Source: Bacteroidota bacterium (lineage in GTDB: Bacteria > Bacteroidota > Bacteroidia > NS11-12g > UBA955). Taken from it: DNA of 64,000 nt. Below are positions 41,164 through 50,433 of the stretch, in pieces. Location of the stretch: NCBI GenBank assembly GCA_041192805.1, contig JBEEMF010000057.1, positions 4,970 through 68,969 on the forward strand, in the 5' to 3' direction. The notes under the pieces were generated by a model that worked only from the letters and a program-made list of their open reading frames with translations, ran no database searches and had not been told where the DNA came from. Position 1 is the first letter of the stretch; every line of letters starts with the position of its first letter. A program made the position numbers and the translations under genes.

Positions 41164-42039
41164 ATGGGCGTCGCTTTTGAATCGTTGCGTAATCAATTTT
41201 TGGATTACATCGCAAAGACAAAGCGTATGTCGGTTCATACAGTATCGGCCTACACGGGCGATTTAAAGCAATTTGAAGATTTTTTGGAGACTCAGTATGT
41301 GAGTTCGTTGGCTGATTGCAAGGCCATCCATATTCGAGGGTTTATGTCGATGTTGCTGGGTGCCGGCTTGACATCTAGAAGCGTGCATCGCAAAGTGTCT
41401 AGTGTGCGGGGGTGGTTTAAGTATTTGCGCAAGCAGGGTTTGATGGTTGGCGATCCGATGAGTAAGATTATTCTGCCGAAGATGCCGAAGATGCTGGTGA
41501 AGGACATTCCTGCGTTGGACTTACACAATATGTTTGCGAATTTTCCTTGGAATGAGGTGGAGCATGGGGAGCGGGATCGACTGCTTTTGTTGCTGTTTTA
41601 CACCACTGGGATGCGTTTGAGTGAGTTGATAGGATTGAAGGCCGGTGATATCGATTTTCATCGGGGGAGTTTACGGGTTTTGGGAAAGCGGAACAAGGAA
41701 AGGATTATACCGATGCATCCTGAGGTAGTAGATTGGCTGAAGGAGTACATGGGTAGCCATGGCGGTGTTTATTTGTTCGAGACGGAGAAGGGCGAGCCAT
41801 TTTATCCAATGTTGGTATATCGGATGGTAAATCGGTATTTGAAGTTATTTTCACATGCGGCGAAGACGAGTCCGCACGTGTTGCGACATAGTTTTGCGAC
41901 GCATATGTTGAATAATGGGGCGAATTTATTGGCGATAAAGGATATTTTGGGCCACGCAAATTTGTCGGCCACCCAAGTGTATACAAAGAATTCATTTGAG
42001 AAGTTAAAGCAGGTTCATGCTTTGCATCCACGGAAGTGA
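41164..42039 (+). CDS. xerC: site-specific tyrosine recombinase XerC/XerD family
   Basis: 291 aa. N-terminal SAM-like domain, with catalytic R (GMRLSEL), HVLRHSFATH and GHANLSATQVYT motifs. Confidence 0.85.
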   Translation: MGVAFESLRNQFLDYIAKTKRMSVHTVSAYTGDLKQFEDFLETQYVSSLADCKAIHIRGFMSMLLGAGLTSRSVHRKVSSVRGWFKYLRKQGLMVGDPMSKIILPKMPKMLVKDIPALDLHNMFANFPWNEVEHGERDRLLLLLFYTTGMRLSELIGLKAGDIDFHRGSLRVLGKRNKERIIPMHPEVVDWLKEYMGSHGGVYLFETEKGEPFYPMLVYRMVNRYLKLFSHAAKTSPHVLRHSFATHMLNNGANLLAIKDILGHANLSATQVYTKNSFEKLKQVHALHPRK

Positions 42040-42062
42040 TTGGTATCCGGGAAACGAAAAAA

Positions 42063-42085
42063 GCCACCCGCAGGGTGGCTTTTTT
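42063..42085. terminator. bidirectional terminator between xerC and rpsU
   Basis: A6-gccaccc-gca-gggtggc-T6. Confidence 0.85.
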
Positions 42086-42137
42086 AAAAGTCTATAGTTT
42101 ATACAATTGGACTTGCCAATGCTAAATCGATCGCAGC

Positions 42138-42335
42138 TTATGCTTCTACGTCGGCCATTTGCATTTTCTGCTTGTAGGCGGCGCGAATTTTCTGCATACG
42201 CTTGGTAATACAGGGCTTTTCGAATGCCTGACGAGCACGAAGTGCTTTCACAACACCAGTTTTTTCAAACTTCTTCTTGAACTTCTTCAGTGCCTTCTCC
42301 AGCGAATCGTTTTCTTTTACGTTAATTATAAGCAT
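42138..42335 (-). CDS. rpsU: 30S ribosomal protein S21
   Basis: 65 aa, very basic, with typical S21 sequence (LEKALKKFKKKFEKTGV). Confidence 0.93.
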   Translation of the reverse strand: MLIINVKENDSLEKALKKFKKKFEKTGVVKALRARQAFEKPCITKRMQKIRAAYKQKMQMADVEA

Positions 42336-42356
42336 GTTAAATTTTTATTTGGGTCA

Positions 42357-42388
42357 CAAAAATAGATGTTTTTATCGATAAAGGCAAG
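42357..42388 (-). promoter_or_regulatory. rpsU promoter (cTTG-N20-TATTTTTG), 21-nt leader
   Basis: The plus strand reads caaaaata at 42357-42364 and caag at 42385-42388. The minus strand matches the -33/-7 consensus. Confidence 0.55.
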
Positions 42389-42393
42389 TTCTT

Positions 42394-43539
42394 TTAATCT
42401 TTCAAAATGTTTCTTGAGATGACGAGTTTTTGAATCTCGCTTGTGCCTTCTCCGATGGTGCAAAGTTTACAATCTCTGTAGAATTTTTCTACGGGGAAAT
42501 CTTTCGTATATCCATAACCACCAAATATTTGCACGGCTTCGTTTGCGCAATATACACTCACTTCTGATGCATAGTATTTTGCCATCGCACCTTCTTTTGT
42601 CATATTGAGTCCTTTGTTTTTTCTATCGGCCGCCTCTTGTGTCAACAATTCTGCCGCCTCAATTCTTGTCGCCATGTCCGCCAATTTGAACGCAATCGCT
42701 TGGAAACTTGAAATGGGCTGACCAAACTGTTCTCTTTCTTTGGAGTATTTCAAAGCGGCTTCATAGGCTCCTTTTGCTATACCCAACGACAATGCGGCGA
42801 TTGAAATTCTACCGCCATCAAGGATTTTCATGGCTTGAATAAATCCATCGCCGATATTTCCAAGGATATTAGTTTCTGGAACTCTGCAATCTTCGAAAAT
42901 CATTTCGGCCGTTTCGCTGGCGCGCATACCCAATTTATTTTCTTTTTTACCACCTCTGAACCCGGGAGTGCCTCTTTCTATAACAAATGCAGTAATACCT
43001 CTGGAGTCGAGTAGTTCGCCAGTTCTAGCCAAAACTACAGCAACATCGCCGGTGATGCCATGGGTGATCCAATTCTTTGAGCCGTTCAGTACCCAGTGGT
43101 CTCCATCTTTTTTGGCAACGCATTGCATTCGCAAAGCATCTGAACCTGTGTTGGCTTCTGTTAATCCCCATGCGCCGATCCATTCCGCCGTAGCCAATTT
43201 GGGTAGCCATCTTTGTTTTTGTTCCTCGTTCGCAAAAGCCAAAATATGACCGGTACAAAGACTATTGTGGGCGGCCATAGATAAGCCAACGCTACCACAA
43301 ACTTTTGCCAATTCTTCAATGGCAGCAGCATATTCAAAATAACTCAATCCGGAACCGTTATATTTTTCGGGTACCAAAACACCCATCAAACCCAATTCGC
43401 CGAGGGCTTTAAAAATGTGAATGGGGAAGGTTTGAGACTCATCCCAATCCATCAAGTGTGGACGTATGTTTTTGTCTGCAAAATCGCGCACGGTTTGTCT
43501 AACCATTAAAACGCTTTCACTTTCTTGGAAATTCATCAT
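42394..43539 (-). CDS. acyl-CoA dehydrogenase
   Basis: ACAD-family sequence throughout (GLTEANTGSDA, C-terminal IGEGTSEIQ). Start set at ATG 43539 (MMNFQ). The track start at 43554 is TTG and overlaps the promoter box. Confidence 0.88.
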   Translation of the reverse strand: MMNFQESESVLMVRQTVRDFADKNIRPHLMDWDESQTFPIHIFKALGELGLMGVLVPEKYNGSGLSYFEYAAAIEELAKVCGSVGLSMAAHNSLCTGHILAFANEEQKQRWLPKLATAEWIGAWGLTEANTGSDALRMQCVAKKDGDHWVLNGSKNWITHGITGDVAVVLARTGELLDSRGITAFVIERGTPGFRGGKKENKLGMRASETAEMIFEDCRVPETNILGNIGDGFIQAMKILDGGRISIAALSLGIAKGAYEAALKYSKEREQFGQPISSFQAIAFKLADMATRIEAAELLTQEAADRKNKGLNMTKEGAMAKYYASEVSVYCANEAVQIFGGYGYTKDFPVEKFYRDCKLCTIGEGTSEIQKLVISRNILKD

Positions 43540-43551
43540 ATTTAGTGATTG

Positions 43552-43559
43552 CAAAGATA
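43552..43559 (-). promoter_or_regulatory. -7 box TATCTTTG, 12 nt before acyl-CoA dehydrogenase ATG 43539
   Basis: The plus strand reads caaagata. Confidence 0.45.
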
Positions 43560-43650
43560 TTAAACGTGGGCCTTACCTGTTAATCGCATTGTCTAATTCT
43601 TTCAAGAAATTTGTGGGTTGTTCGATGTGTTACATGGAGGGATAATAGTC

Positions 43651-44448
43651 TTATTCGATAAATCGTAAATATGGCTCTATTTTCGATTTTTCCTCCATGC
43701 TAAGACCCTGCATATCAAGCCAAATGCGTTTTGTTAGTTGTGGATGCTGCGTGAAAAAAGGGCCTAGGATTTTGGCTTTGCTGGGGCCTACATAAGGATG
43801 CTTGTAAAGTTGTTTGAAATCTACTTTTTCGTTGAGCGGAATGAGTTTGGATTTGTCTATGGTGATTCTGGCCGACATTACCTCCGCGAGTGTTGTGTCG
43901 ATTTTGGGAATTTCGATCAATTGTGAAGCCGAATAAAATCCACCAAGTTTTTCTCTGAATTTTAGTATTCTGCGTACTGTTGATGGTCCAATTCCAGGGA
44001 GTTCATCGAGGCTTGCGCTGTCAATGTTATTTATATTGATGTTGGCGGGAAATGGATTTTTACGATCAAGGATTTTAGTGAGTTCAGGTTGTAAATATTG
44101 CAAATGATTTTTTCCTTCTTGCGATTTTCGCAATTCCATCAGCAGGGCGAAGGCCATTTTATTTGATAAAGGTTTCGGATGTTTTGAATTTTTTGTCCAG
44201 TACTCGGATCTATATTTTCCTGGTTGAGAATTCCACCGACCGCTATGTTTAGGTCTATCATATTTACTTCGATAATCCTTAGATAATTCCGGAAGTCCCT
44301 TTGGAGCATGGAGTTCAGTTAAAGTCTTTGTCCTTTGAGCCTGGGAATGACATCGAACAATGCCCATAATAGAAAGGGTCGTTATGGCGAACCAGAACGA
44401 CCCTTGAGTAATATTTTTCCGTAATCCTAACACCGCTAACCTGTCCAA
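43651..44448 (-). CDS. ComEA-like helix-hairpin-helix DNA-binding protein
   Basis: 265 aa with an N-terminal hydrophobic anchor and the HhH motif LDELPGIGPSTVRRILKFREKLGGF. Confidence 0.65.
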   Translation of the reverse strand: MDRLAVLGLRKNITQGSFWFAITTLSIMGIVRCHSQAQRTKTLTELHAPKGLPELSKDYRSKYDRPKHSGRWNSQPGKYRSEYWTKNSKHPKPLSNKMAFALLMELRKSQEGKNHLQYLQPELTKILDRKNPFPANININNIDSASLDELPGIGPSTVRRILKFREKLGGFYSASQLIEIPKIDTTLAEVMSARITIDKSKLIPLNEKVDFKQLYKHPYVGPSKAKILGPFFTQHPQLTKRIWLDMQGLSMEEKSKIEPYLRFIE

Positions 44449-44463
44449 AAGACAGTAGCGAAA

Positions 44464-45711
44464 TTAGGCGAAGACAGCCAAATTTTCTTTGCGATAATCG
44501 CCAGAGTCCAATTTGTTTTTGATAGATTTAAAAGCGTCGATTGTTTCTTGAACATCCTCTAGAGAGTGAACAGCGGTAGGAATCAAGCGCAAAATAATCA
44601 TACCTTTTGGCACAACCGGATATACCACGATACTACAGAAAATATTAAAATTTTCGCGCAAATCTTGGATGAGGTGTGTTGCTTCTGGAATCGTTCCATT
44701 CAATACAACTGGGGTTACTGGCGTTGTAGTGATTCCAATGTTGAAACCAGCCTCTTTTAGGCCGTTTTGTAAGGCATTGGTGATGGTCCACAATTTCTCC
44801 CTTAACTCGGGTTGTGTGCGAATCATTTCTAAACGTTTGATTGATCCTATTACCAGTGGCATCGGCAATGCCTTTGCATAGATTTGAGAACGCATATTAT
44901 ATCGTAAGAATTTAATGACATGGGGTTCAGAGGCGATAAATGCCCCAATACCAGCCATCGATTTGGCAAACGTAGAGAAGTAAATGTCCACGCCTTCGAT
45001 GCAGTCTTGCTCTTCGGTAGTTCCAGCACCCGTTTTGCCCATCGTTCCGAAGCCATGGGCATCGTCTACCAATAGGCGGAAATTGAATTTGCTTTTTAGC
45101 TCAACGATTTCCTTCAATTTTCCTTGAGATCCTGTCATTCCGAAAACACCTTCGGTAATAACCAATATCGCACCACCGGTGGCTTCAACCACTTTGGTAG
45201 CACGTCTCAGTTGTTGCTCTAAACTTTCAATGTTGTTGTGGTTGTATACAAACCGTTTACCCATGTGAAGGCGAACACCATCAATGATACAAGCATGTGC
45301 TTCTGCATCGTAAACAATCACATCATGGCGGTCAACCAAAGCGTCAATTGCACTCAAAACACCTTGATATCCATAATTCAGAAGGATACAATCGGATTTT
45401 TGAACAAAATTAGCGAGGTCGCGTTCCAACTGCTCATGGTAATTGCTGTTTCCACTCATCATTCGGGCTCCCATGGGGTAGGCCATTCCAAATTGTGCGG
45501 CGGCATCGGTATCTGCTTTCATCACGTCGGGGTGATTTGCCAATCCCAAATAATTATTTAAACTCCAGTTGAGGCGTTCTTTTCCGCGGAAAATCATGCG
45601 TGGGCCTATAGGGCCTTCCAATTTGGGGAAAGCGAAATAACCGTGTGCATCGTCGGCATATTGGCCCAAAGGACCCATGCGCTCATGCAGTTTGTCGAAT
45701 ATGTCTCTCAT
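44464..45711 (-). CDS. PLP-dependent alpha-oxoamine synthase family acyltransferase (KBL/BioF/Spt-like)
   Basis: 415 aa with a PLP-lysine motif STFAKSMAG and the DDAHGFG motif. The specific substrate cannot be assigned by eye. Confidence 0.8.
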   Translation of the reverse strand: MRDIFDKLHERMGPLGQYADDAHGYFAFPKLEGPIGPRMIFRGKERLNWSLNNYLGLANHPDVMKADTDAAAQFGMAYPMGARMMSGNSNYHEQLERDLANFVQKSDCILLNYGYQGVLSAIDALVDRHDVIVYDAEAHACIIDGVRLHMGKRFVYNHNNIESLEQQLRRATKVVEATGGAILVITEGVFGMTGSQGKLKEIVELKSKFNFRLLVDDAHGFGTMGKTGAGTTEEQDCIEGVDIYFSTFAKSMAGIGAFIASEPHVIKFLRYNMRSQIYAKALPMPLVIGSIKRLEMIRTQPELREKLWTITNALQNGLKEAGFNIGITTTPVTPVVLNGTIPEATHLIQDLRENFNIFCSIVVYPVVPKGMIILRLIPTAVHSLEDVQETIDAFKSIKNKLDSGDYRKENLAVFA

Positions 45712-45737
45712 GTTAATTGACTACAAATAGATAAATA

Positions 45738-45745
45738 CAAAGGTA
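45738..45745 (-). promoter_or_regulatory. -7 box TACCTTTG, 26 nt before ATG 45711 (alpha-oxoamine synthase)
   Basis: The plus strand reads caaaggta. Confidence 0.4.
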
Positions 45746-45840
45746 ACAGTGTAATTATAATAATCGTTTAGAAGTTGTTCTCTGTTTGTGAATAAGGTGG
45801 AAATATTGATTTGATGGATATATTCAGAGTATTGGATGAA

Positions 45841-46632
45841 TTATCTACCCACAATAAACACGCAAGGGCTTTTGCCTAGGGTTTCCACCTTTCGTTTCCA
45901 AGCGCTGATGGGCTGCGTTAGGATATGTTCCGCTGGTCCCTGCAAGTCTTTGGCAATGCAAAGCAGCATGTCTTGGGGAAGATTTTTGCAGAAAAATTGT
46001 AGCAACCTGTCTGTGCGATACGGGGTCTCGATAAACAAATGACTGTGTTTGTCGGTAGCCTTGTTGTTTAATAAAACTGTGAGTTGTTTGAGTTCATTTT
46101 CGTTGATGGGCGGATAGCCGTGAAAGGTGAAGGTCTGACCGCTGAGTCCACTTCCTGCCAAGGCGAGCATCAAACTATTGGGTCCCATGATCGGTTTTAT
46201 ATCCCATCCGCGTTGATGTCCGATTTTCACCAACATCGCCCCAGGATCGGCAATACATGGCATGCCTGCTTCGGAAGCCATCCCAATCAATTTGGTATTT
46301 TGGATGTCTTTTAGAAACGCTTCCAATTCCTTCTGAGGTGTTCTGGTGTTGAGTTCAAAAATATCGAGATCGTTCAAAGGGATACCCACTTTTAGGCTGG
46401 AAAGGAATCGACGTAAAGTTCTTGCATCTTCAGCAACCCAATGTATGATCGGGGTGATTGAATCAATGTATTGCGGCGTATTCATCCAAAGCCAACTATT
46501 TTCGCCAATGGGCAGCGGCACTAAAATAAGTTGTGTGTTATTGCTTTCTGCGTTCCCCTCGGCGTATTCCTGCTGCAGTGGAGTTAATTCAGAGTTCTCA
46601 AGATTTGAATCGTTGATGTTTATTTCATCCAT
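45841..46632 (-). CDS. SAM-dependent methyltransferase, tetrapyrrole-methylase (RsmI-like) fold
   Basis: ASEAGMPCIADPG and GPNSLMLALAGSGL motifs. Start set at ATG 46632 (MDEININ). The longest ORF begins at 46698. Confidence 0.7.
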   Translation of the reverse strand: MDEININDSNLENSELTPLQQEYAEGNAESNNTQLILVPLPIGENSWLWMNTPQYIDSITPIIHWVAEDARTLRRFLSSLKVGIPLNDLDIFELNTRTPQKELEAFLKDIQNTKLIGMASEAGMPCIADPGAMLVKIGHQRGWDIKPIMGPNSLMLALAGSGLSGQTFTFHGYPPINENELKQLTVLLNNKATDKHSHLFIETPYRTDRLLQFFCKNLPQDMLLCIAKDLQGPAEHILTQPISAWKRKVETLGKSPCVFIVGR

Positions 46633-46737
46633 TGCTGCAAATTTCAACTTTATCGTTGGAAGTCCGCAATTTATCTTTTGCCCATGGAAAATTGTCATTT
46701 AAAGGTAAGCATAATTTATTCACTCGGGTTTATCAAG

Positions 46738-46745
46738 TAACTTTG
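46738..46745 (+). promoter_or_regulatory. -7 box TAACTTTG, 4 nt before GTG 46750
   Basis: TAnnTTTG match. Spacer cggc. Confidence 0.5.
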
Positions 46746-46749
46746 CGGC

Positions 46750-47037
46750 GTGAGTTTTATAAATCGACTTAAAACACGTTGGAACGTGCAGAAATCATGG
46801 ATGGTTTGGGTGATCTTGTTGGTATTTGCCTTAACGGGATTCACGGTGATGTATTTAAAGAAGTTCGTTAAGCCCTATTTGGGTGAAGATTGGTGGGTTG
46901 ATATGGTTTACTACGTATTGATATTGCCTTTTTATAATCTTTTGTTGTTGTTTTACGGGTTCATTTTTGGACAGTTCAAATACTTTTGGGCGTTTGAGCA
47001 GCGATTTTTTAAACGCATGTTTGGCAAAGGAAAATGA
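46750..47037 (+). CDS. small membrane protein (2 transmembrane helices), unknown function
   Basis: 95 aa. GTG start at 46750 is supported by a TAACTTTG box 4 nt upstream. It has an ATGA overlap with the downstream Mrp gene. Confidence 0.55.
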   Translation: MSFINRLKTRWNVQKSWMVWVILLVFALTGFTVMYLKKFVKPYLGEDWWVDMVYYVLILPFYNLLLLFYGFIFGQFKYFWAFEQRFFKRMFGKGK

Positions 47038-48083
47038 TTACGCGCGAATCGGTTCTCAAAGCCCTGTCTCATGTAGACGATCCGGATCTCAAAAAAGATT
47101 TGGTGACCTTGGGTATGATTGAGGATTTGGTGATTGGCGATAAAATTTCTTTTACGATCGTTTTAACCACCCCCGCTTGTCCGATGAAAGACATGATGGT
47201 GAATGCTTGTAAAACCGCTATTCGGATGATGGTTGATTCGGAAATCATGGTGGATGTGTCAACTACGAGCCGGGTTAGAGGCAGTATTCCCATGTCGGAT
47301 ACATTACCCGGAGTTAAGCATGTGATTGCGGTGGCCTCAGGAAAAGGCGGTGTGGGAAAGAGTACGTTATCGGCTAGTTTAGCCTTGGCCCTCAGCGGTA
47401 TGGGTGCAAAAGTGGGATTGTTGGATGCGGATATTTATGGACCGAGTGTTCCTACGATGTTTGGTGTTTCGGCATCGCCCGAAATGTACATGAAGGGCGA
47501 CAAGCAGATCATGATTCCGGTGGAAGCGAAGGGTGTGAAATTGATGAGTATTGGTCTGATGACAGCCCGCGGACAAGCAATTGTTTGGCGAGGACCGATG
47601 GTTTCTTCGGCCTTTAAGCAGTTTGTGCAGGATACAGATTGGGGGGATTTGGATTATTTGATCATCGATTTGCCGCCAGGAACAGGGGATGTTCAGCTCA
47701 GTTTGGTGCAGAATGTTCCGCTCACAGGTGTGGTGATTGTGACAACGCCTCAAGAGATGGCTTTGACCGATGCGCGCCGGGCGATGGGTATGTTTTCGAT
47801 GGAAGCGGTTAACAAGAAAATCCTTGGTGTGGTGGAGAATATGAGTTATTTCACCCCGGATGATGCTCCAGATAAGAAATACAGACTATTTGGTGAGGGA
47901 GGCGGAAAGGCCCTAAGTGAAGAGTATAACGTTCCATTTTTGGGAGAATTGCCATTGAATCCTGCGTTGATGAAATTGATTGATGAAGGCAATTTGACCT
48001 CGGATGCCATCGAATTAAAACCCTACGATCAAGTGGCGGGTGCGTTGGCTCAGCAAGTGAGTATGTTGCAAATCACAAAATAA
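47034..48083 (+). CDS. Mrp/NBP35/ApbC family Fe-S cluster carrier ATPase
   Basis: 349 aa. N-terminal DUF59-like domain, deviant Walker A ASGKGGVGKST, and a CPxC-like region. Confidence 0.88.
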   Translation: MITRESVLKALSHVDDPDLKKDLVTLGMIEDLVIGDKISFTIVLTTPACPMKDMMVNACKTAIRMMVDSEIMVDVSTTSRVRGSIPMSDTLPGVKHVIAVASGKGGVGKSTLSASLALALSGMGAKVGLLDADIYGPSVPTMFGVSASPEMYMKGDKQIMIPVEAKGVKLMSIGLMTARGQAIVWRGPMVSSAFKQFVQDTDWGDLDYLIIDLPPGTGDVQLSLVQNVPLTGVVIVTTPQEMALTDARRAMGMFSMEAVNKKILGVVENMSYFTPDDAPDKKYRLFGEGGGKALSEEYNVPFLGELPLNPALMKLIDEGNLTSDAIELKPYDQVAGALAQQVSMLQITK

Positions 48084-48086
48084 TAT

Positions 48087-48094
48087 TACTTTTG
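48087..48094 (+). promoter_or_regulatory. -7 box TACTTTTG, 6 nt before nifU-like ATG 48101
   Basis: TAnnTTTG match. Spacer ctcacc. The box starts 4 nt after the Mrp stop codon. Confidence 0.5.
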
Positions 48095-48100
48095 CTCACC

Positions 48101-48337
48101 ATGAGTGAAATCAATCAGCAAGTAGAACAGGTTTTGGAAACCATGCGTCCGTATTTGCATGCTGATGGTGGCGATGTGGAATTGGTGGAAGTGAGTGAGG
48201 AGTTAGACATTGTTCTGAGATTAACTGGTGCTTGTAGCACTTGCAGCATGAGCGAAATGACAATGACAGCGGGGATTGAAGAGAGTTTGAGGCGAGCCAT
48301 TCCCAATATTGGAAAAATTACTGCATTAAAAAATTAG
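48101..48337 (+). CDS. NifU-like Fe-S scaffold domain protein
   Basis: 78 aa with HADGGDVELV and the GACSTCSMS CxxC motif. ATG 48101 has TACTTTTG 6 nt upstream. Confidence 0.85.
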   Translation: MSEINQQVEQVLETMRPYLHADGGDVELVEVSEELDIVLRLTGACSTCSMSEMTMTAGIEESLRRAIPNIGKITALKN

Positions 48338-48339
48338 TC

Positions 48340-49215
48340 ATGTTAACCCGTCTCTGGATTGCCTTAAAAAATTGGGGTGCATCGGAGGGGAAACCGTTTT
48401 TGGGCATACAGGCCTTGGGAATTCCGGTTGTGGCTTTGGTTTTTTTGACGATTCGCGCGCAGTTTGGAAACGATACTCGTTTAAATTCTCTGTTATCCGC
48501 AACGCCCCCGAATTGGGATTGGATAGTTTCTTGTTTGATTTTAATCGTTTATTCCGCCGATTTTATCTCTGATGCGATTGCTTGGGATAGAATCGGTGTG
48601 AAATTCGCTACTTGGCAGTTGGTCTTGGCCGTGGGGTGGATTTTATTTGGCAGTTTTATCCTTTTGATGCTGACGGTTGTCTTGCCTTTGTTGGGTTTTG
48701 GCATGCGAGAAATGGCTCTCCTCGATTTGCTATTGAGTCTTCGCTATTTGGTTTTAGGAGGATTGGTGTACAGCTATTTCAAATGGAGAGGCGGTTCTGT
48801 TCTTGCTTTTTTTGGCCCAGTTTTGATAGCTTTCGTCTTTGCTGCGGCCGTCTTCGGTGGGTTGCCATCGGCCGGTTTTATATCGTTCTGGTTTCAAGGA
48901 TTTTGCATCTTCCTGTTGAATATTTTGTTGATGCAATACTTCGAAAAAGACAAAGATGCGGTATCCCAAACACCCAATTTATGGCTTTTGAAGTGGCGCA
49001 GAATCATGCCGATGGTCGCCGGTTTGCTGATTCTTCTGATCACCGTTGGGTGGGTTTTCAATGATTTTAATGGGAATAATTTCGATGGCAATAATTTCGG
49101 AATAATTTTGTTGTTAGCGATTTATGGGTTGATGTTCATTTTCCCAACGGCGTTTAGATTTGCCCGTTGGTATCGAGTGTTGATTGATAGCGCCTTGATT
49201 TTGTGGCTAATTTAA
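48340..49215 (+). CDS. hypothetical polytopic membrane protein
   Basis: 291 aa with about 8 hydrophobic helices. It begins 2 nt after nifU-like. I recognise no family. Confidence 0.5.
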   Translation: MLTRLWIALKNWGASEGKPFLGIQALGIPVVALVFLTIRAQFGNDTRLNSLLSATPPNWDWIVSCLILIVYSADFISDAIAWDRIGVKFATWQLVLAVGWILFGSFILLMLTVVLPLLGFGMREMALLDLLLSLRYLVLGGLVYSYFKWRGGSVLAFFGPVLIAFVFAAAVFGGLPSAGFISFWFQGFCIFLLNILLMQYFEKDKDAVSQTPNLWLLKWRRIMPMVAGLLILLITVGWVFNDFNGNNFDGNNFGIILLLAIYGLMFIFPTAFRFARWYRVLIDSALILWLI

Positions 49216-50417
49216 GCAGCGCGATGTTTCGCTTTTGCAGCCAAGTGTAGCAAAAGGAATCCCAGTACTGCGGCGGTTGTGCTGCCAATCAAAATGCTGA
49301 TTTTTCCCAAATCGATTTGCTGGGTATTGGTAAAGGCTAGGTTGTCGACGAACATCGCCATCGTAAAGCCAATTCCACCTAAAATACCTGCGCCAAAGAT
49401 CATCGTTTTGTTGATGCTTGATGATAAACTCGCTATTCCCAATCGAATTGCCAGCAGACTGAAAAGGAAAATGCCAACGGGTTTGCCGACCAGTAAGCCA
49501 AAGAAGATGCCAAGACTTTCGGGGGATAAGAGAGCGCCGGTCATCTCGGAATTGATTGTAATTGCAGTGTTAGAAAGTGCAAATAATGGCAATATGATAT
49601 AGGTGACAGGCCATTGGATTTTATGTTCTATGCGATAGGAAAGGGTGGCGGGGGTTCCCGATTTGAAGGGCAGTGCAAAGGCAAGGATTACGCCGGCCAA
49701 GGTTGCATGGATACCGCTGTGGAGCATGCAAAACCAGAGAGATAATCCCAATATGAAGTATATCCAAAAGTTCTCATTCCCCTTGCGATTTAAGAAATAT
49801 AGGGCGGCGCAAATGAATGCAGTGAGTATCAAATACAATCCCGAAAATCCATTGCCGTAAAATATTCCAATCACCACAATAGCGCCTAGATCGTCGATGA
49901 TGGCTAATGCGGTTAAGAATACTTTTAACGCTGGCGGGACTTTATCGCCTAACAAACCCATGATTGCAATGGCAAAAGCTATGTCGGTTGCGGTTGGAAT
50001 TCCAATTCCTGAAATAGATTCTGGGTGATTGAAATTGAATAGGAGGTAGACGAGTGCTGGGAAAATCATTCCGCCTAGGGCTGCCATTACGGGGAGCATT
50101 GCACGTTTACGACTGCTGAGTTCGCCAATGTATAGTTCTCTCTCTATTTCTAGACCAACCAAGAGGAAGAAGATGGTCATCAAGGCCTCGTTGATCCAAC
50201 CGGTGAGGCTGTGTTTGAGGTGGAATCCACTCCAGTTGCTGCCGATTTCAGTTTTCCAGAACGATGTGTATTCTTCGGCGATGGCAGAATTGGCAAGTAG
50301 TAAAGAAGTAATGGTGGCAAAAACCAATAGTATTCCCGCCGATTGTTGACTTTGGAAGAATTCTCTAAATAAAGCGGTTAATCGAAAGGTGTTATTCGGT
50401 TTTTGAGGGTGATTCAT
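49212..50417 (-). CDS. nhaA: Na+/H+ antiporter NhaA
   Basis: 401 aa with NhaA-type motifs (GIPTATDIAFA, LTALAIIDDLGA). Confidence 0.9.
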   Translation of the reverse strand: MNHPQKPNNTFRLTALFREFFQSQQSAGILLVFATITSLLLANSAIAEEYTSFWKTEIGSNWSGFHLKHSLTGWINEALMTIFFLLVGLEIERELYIGELSSRKRAMLPVMAALGGMIFPALVYLLFNFNHPESISGIGIPTATDIAFAIAIMGLLGDKVPPALKVFLTALAIIDDLGAIVVIGIFYGNGFSGLYLILTAFICAALYFLNRKGNENFWIYFILGLSLWFCMLHSGIHATLAGVILAFALPFKSGTPATLSYRIEHKIQWPVTYIILPLFALSNTAITINSEMTGALLSPESLGIFFGLLVGKPVGIFLFSLLAIRLGIASLSSSINKTMIFGAGILGGIGFTMAMFVDNLAFTNTQQIDLGKISILIGSTTAAVLGFLLLHLAAKAKHRAA

Positions 50418-50433
50418 TGGTTGATTTTTCTGA

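Noticed and set aside
41164-42039. The tyrosine recombinase could be a marker of an integrated mobile element.
   Set aside because: I saw no flanking direct or inverted repeats, no adjacent tRNA target, and no excisionase or cargo genes. The protein is of housekeeping XerC/XerD size and motif pattern and sits between ridA and rpsU. I treat it as the chromosomal dimer-resolution recombinase.
48612-49064. A 150-aa same-strand alternative-frame ORF lies inside the 48340-49215 membrane gene.
   Set aside because: Its translation is Arg/Cys/Gly-rich and not protein-like, whereas the main frame gives regular transmembrane helices. I see no frameshift signal.
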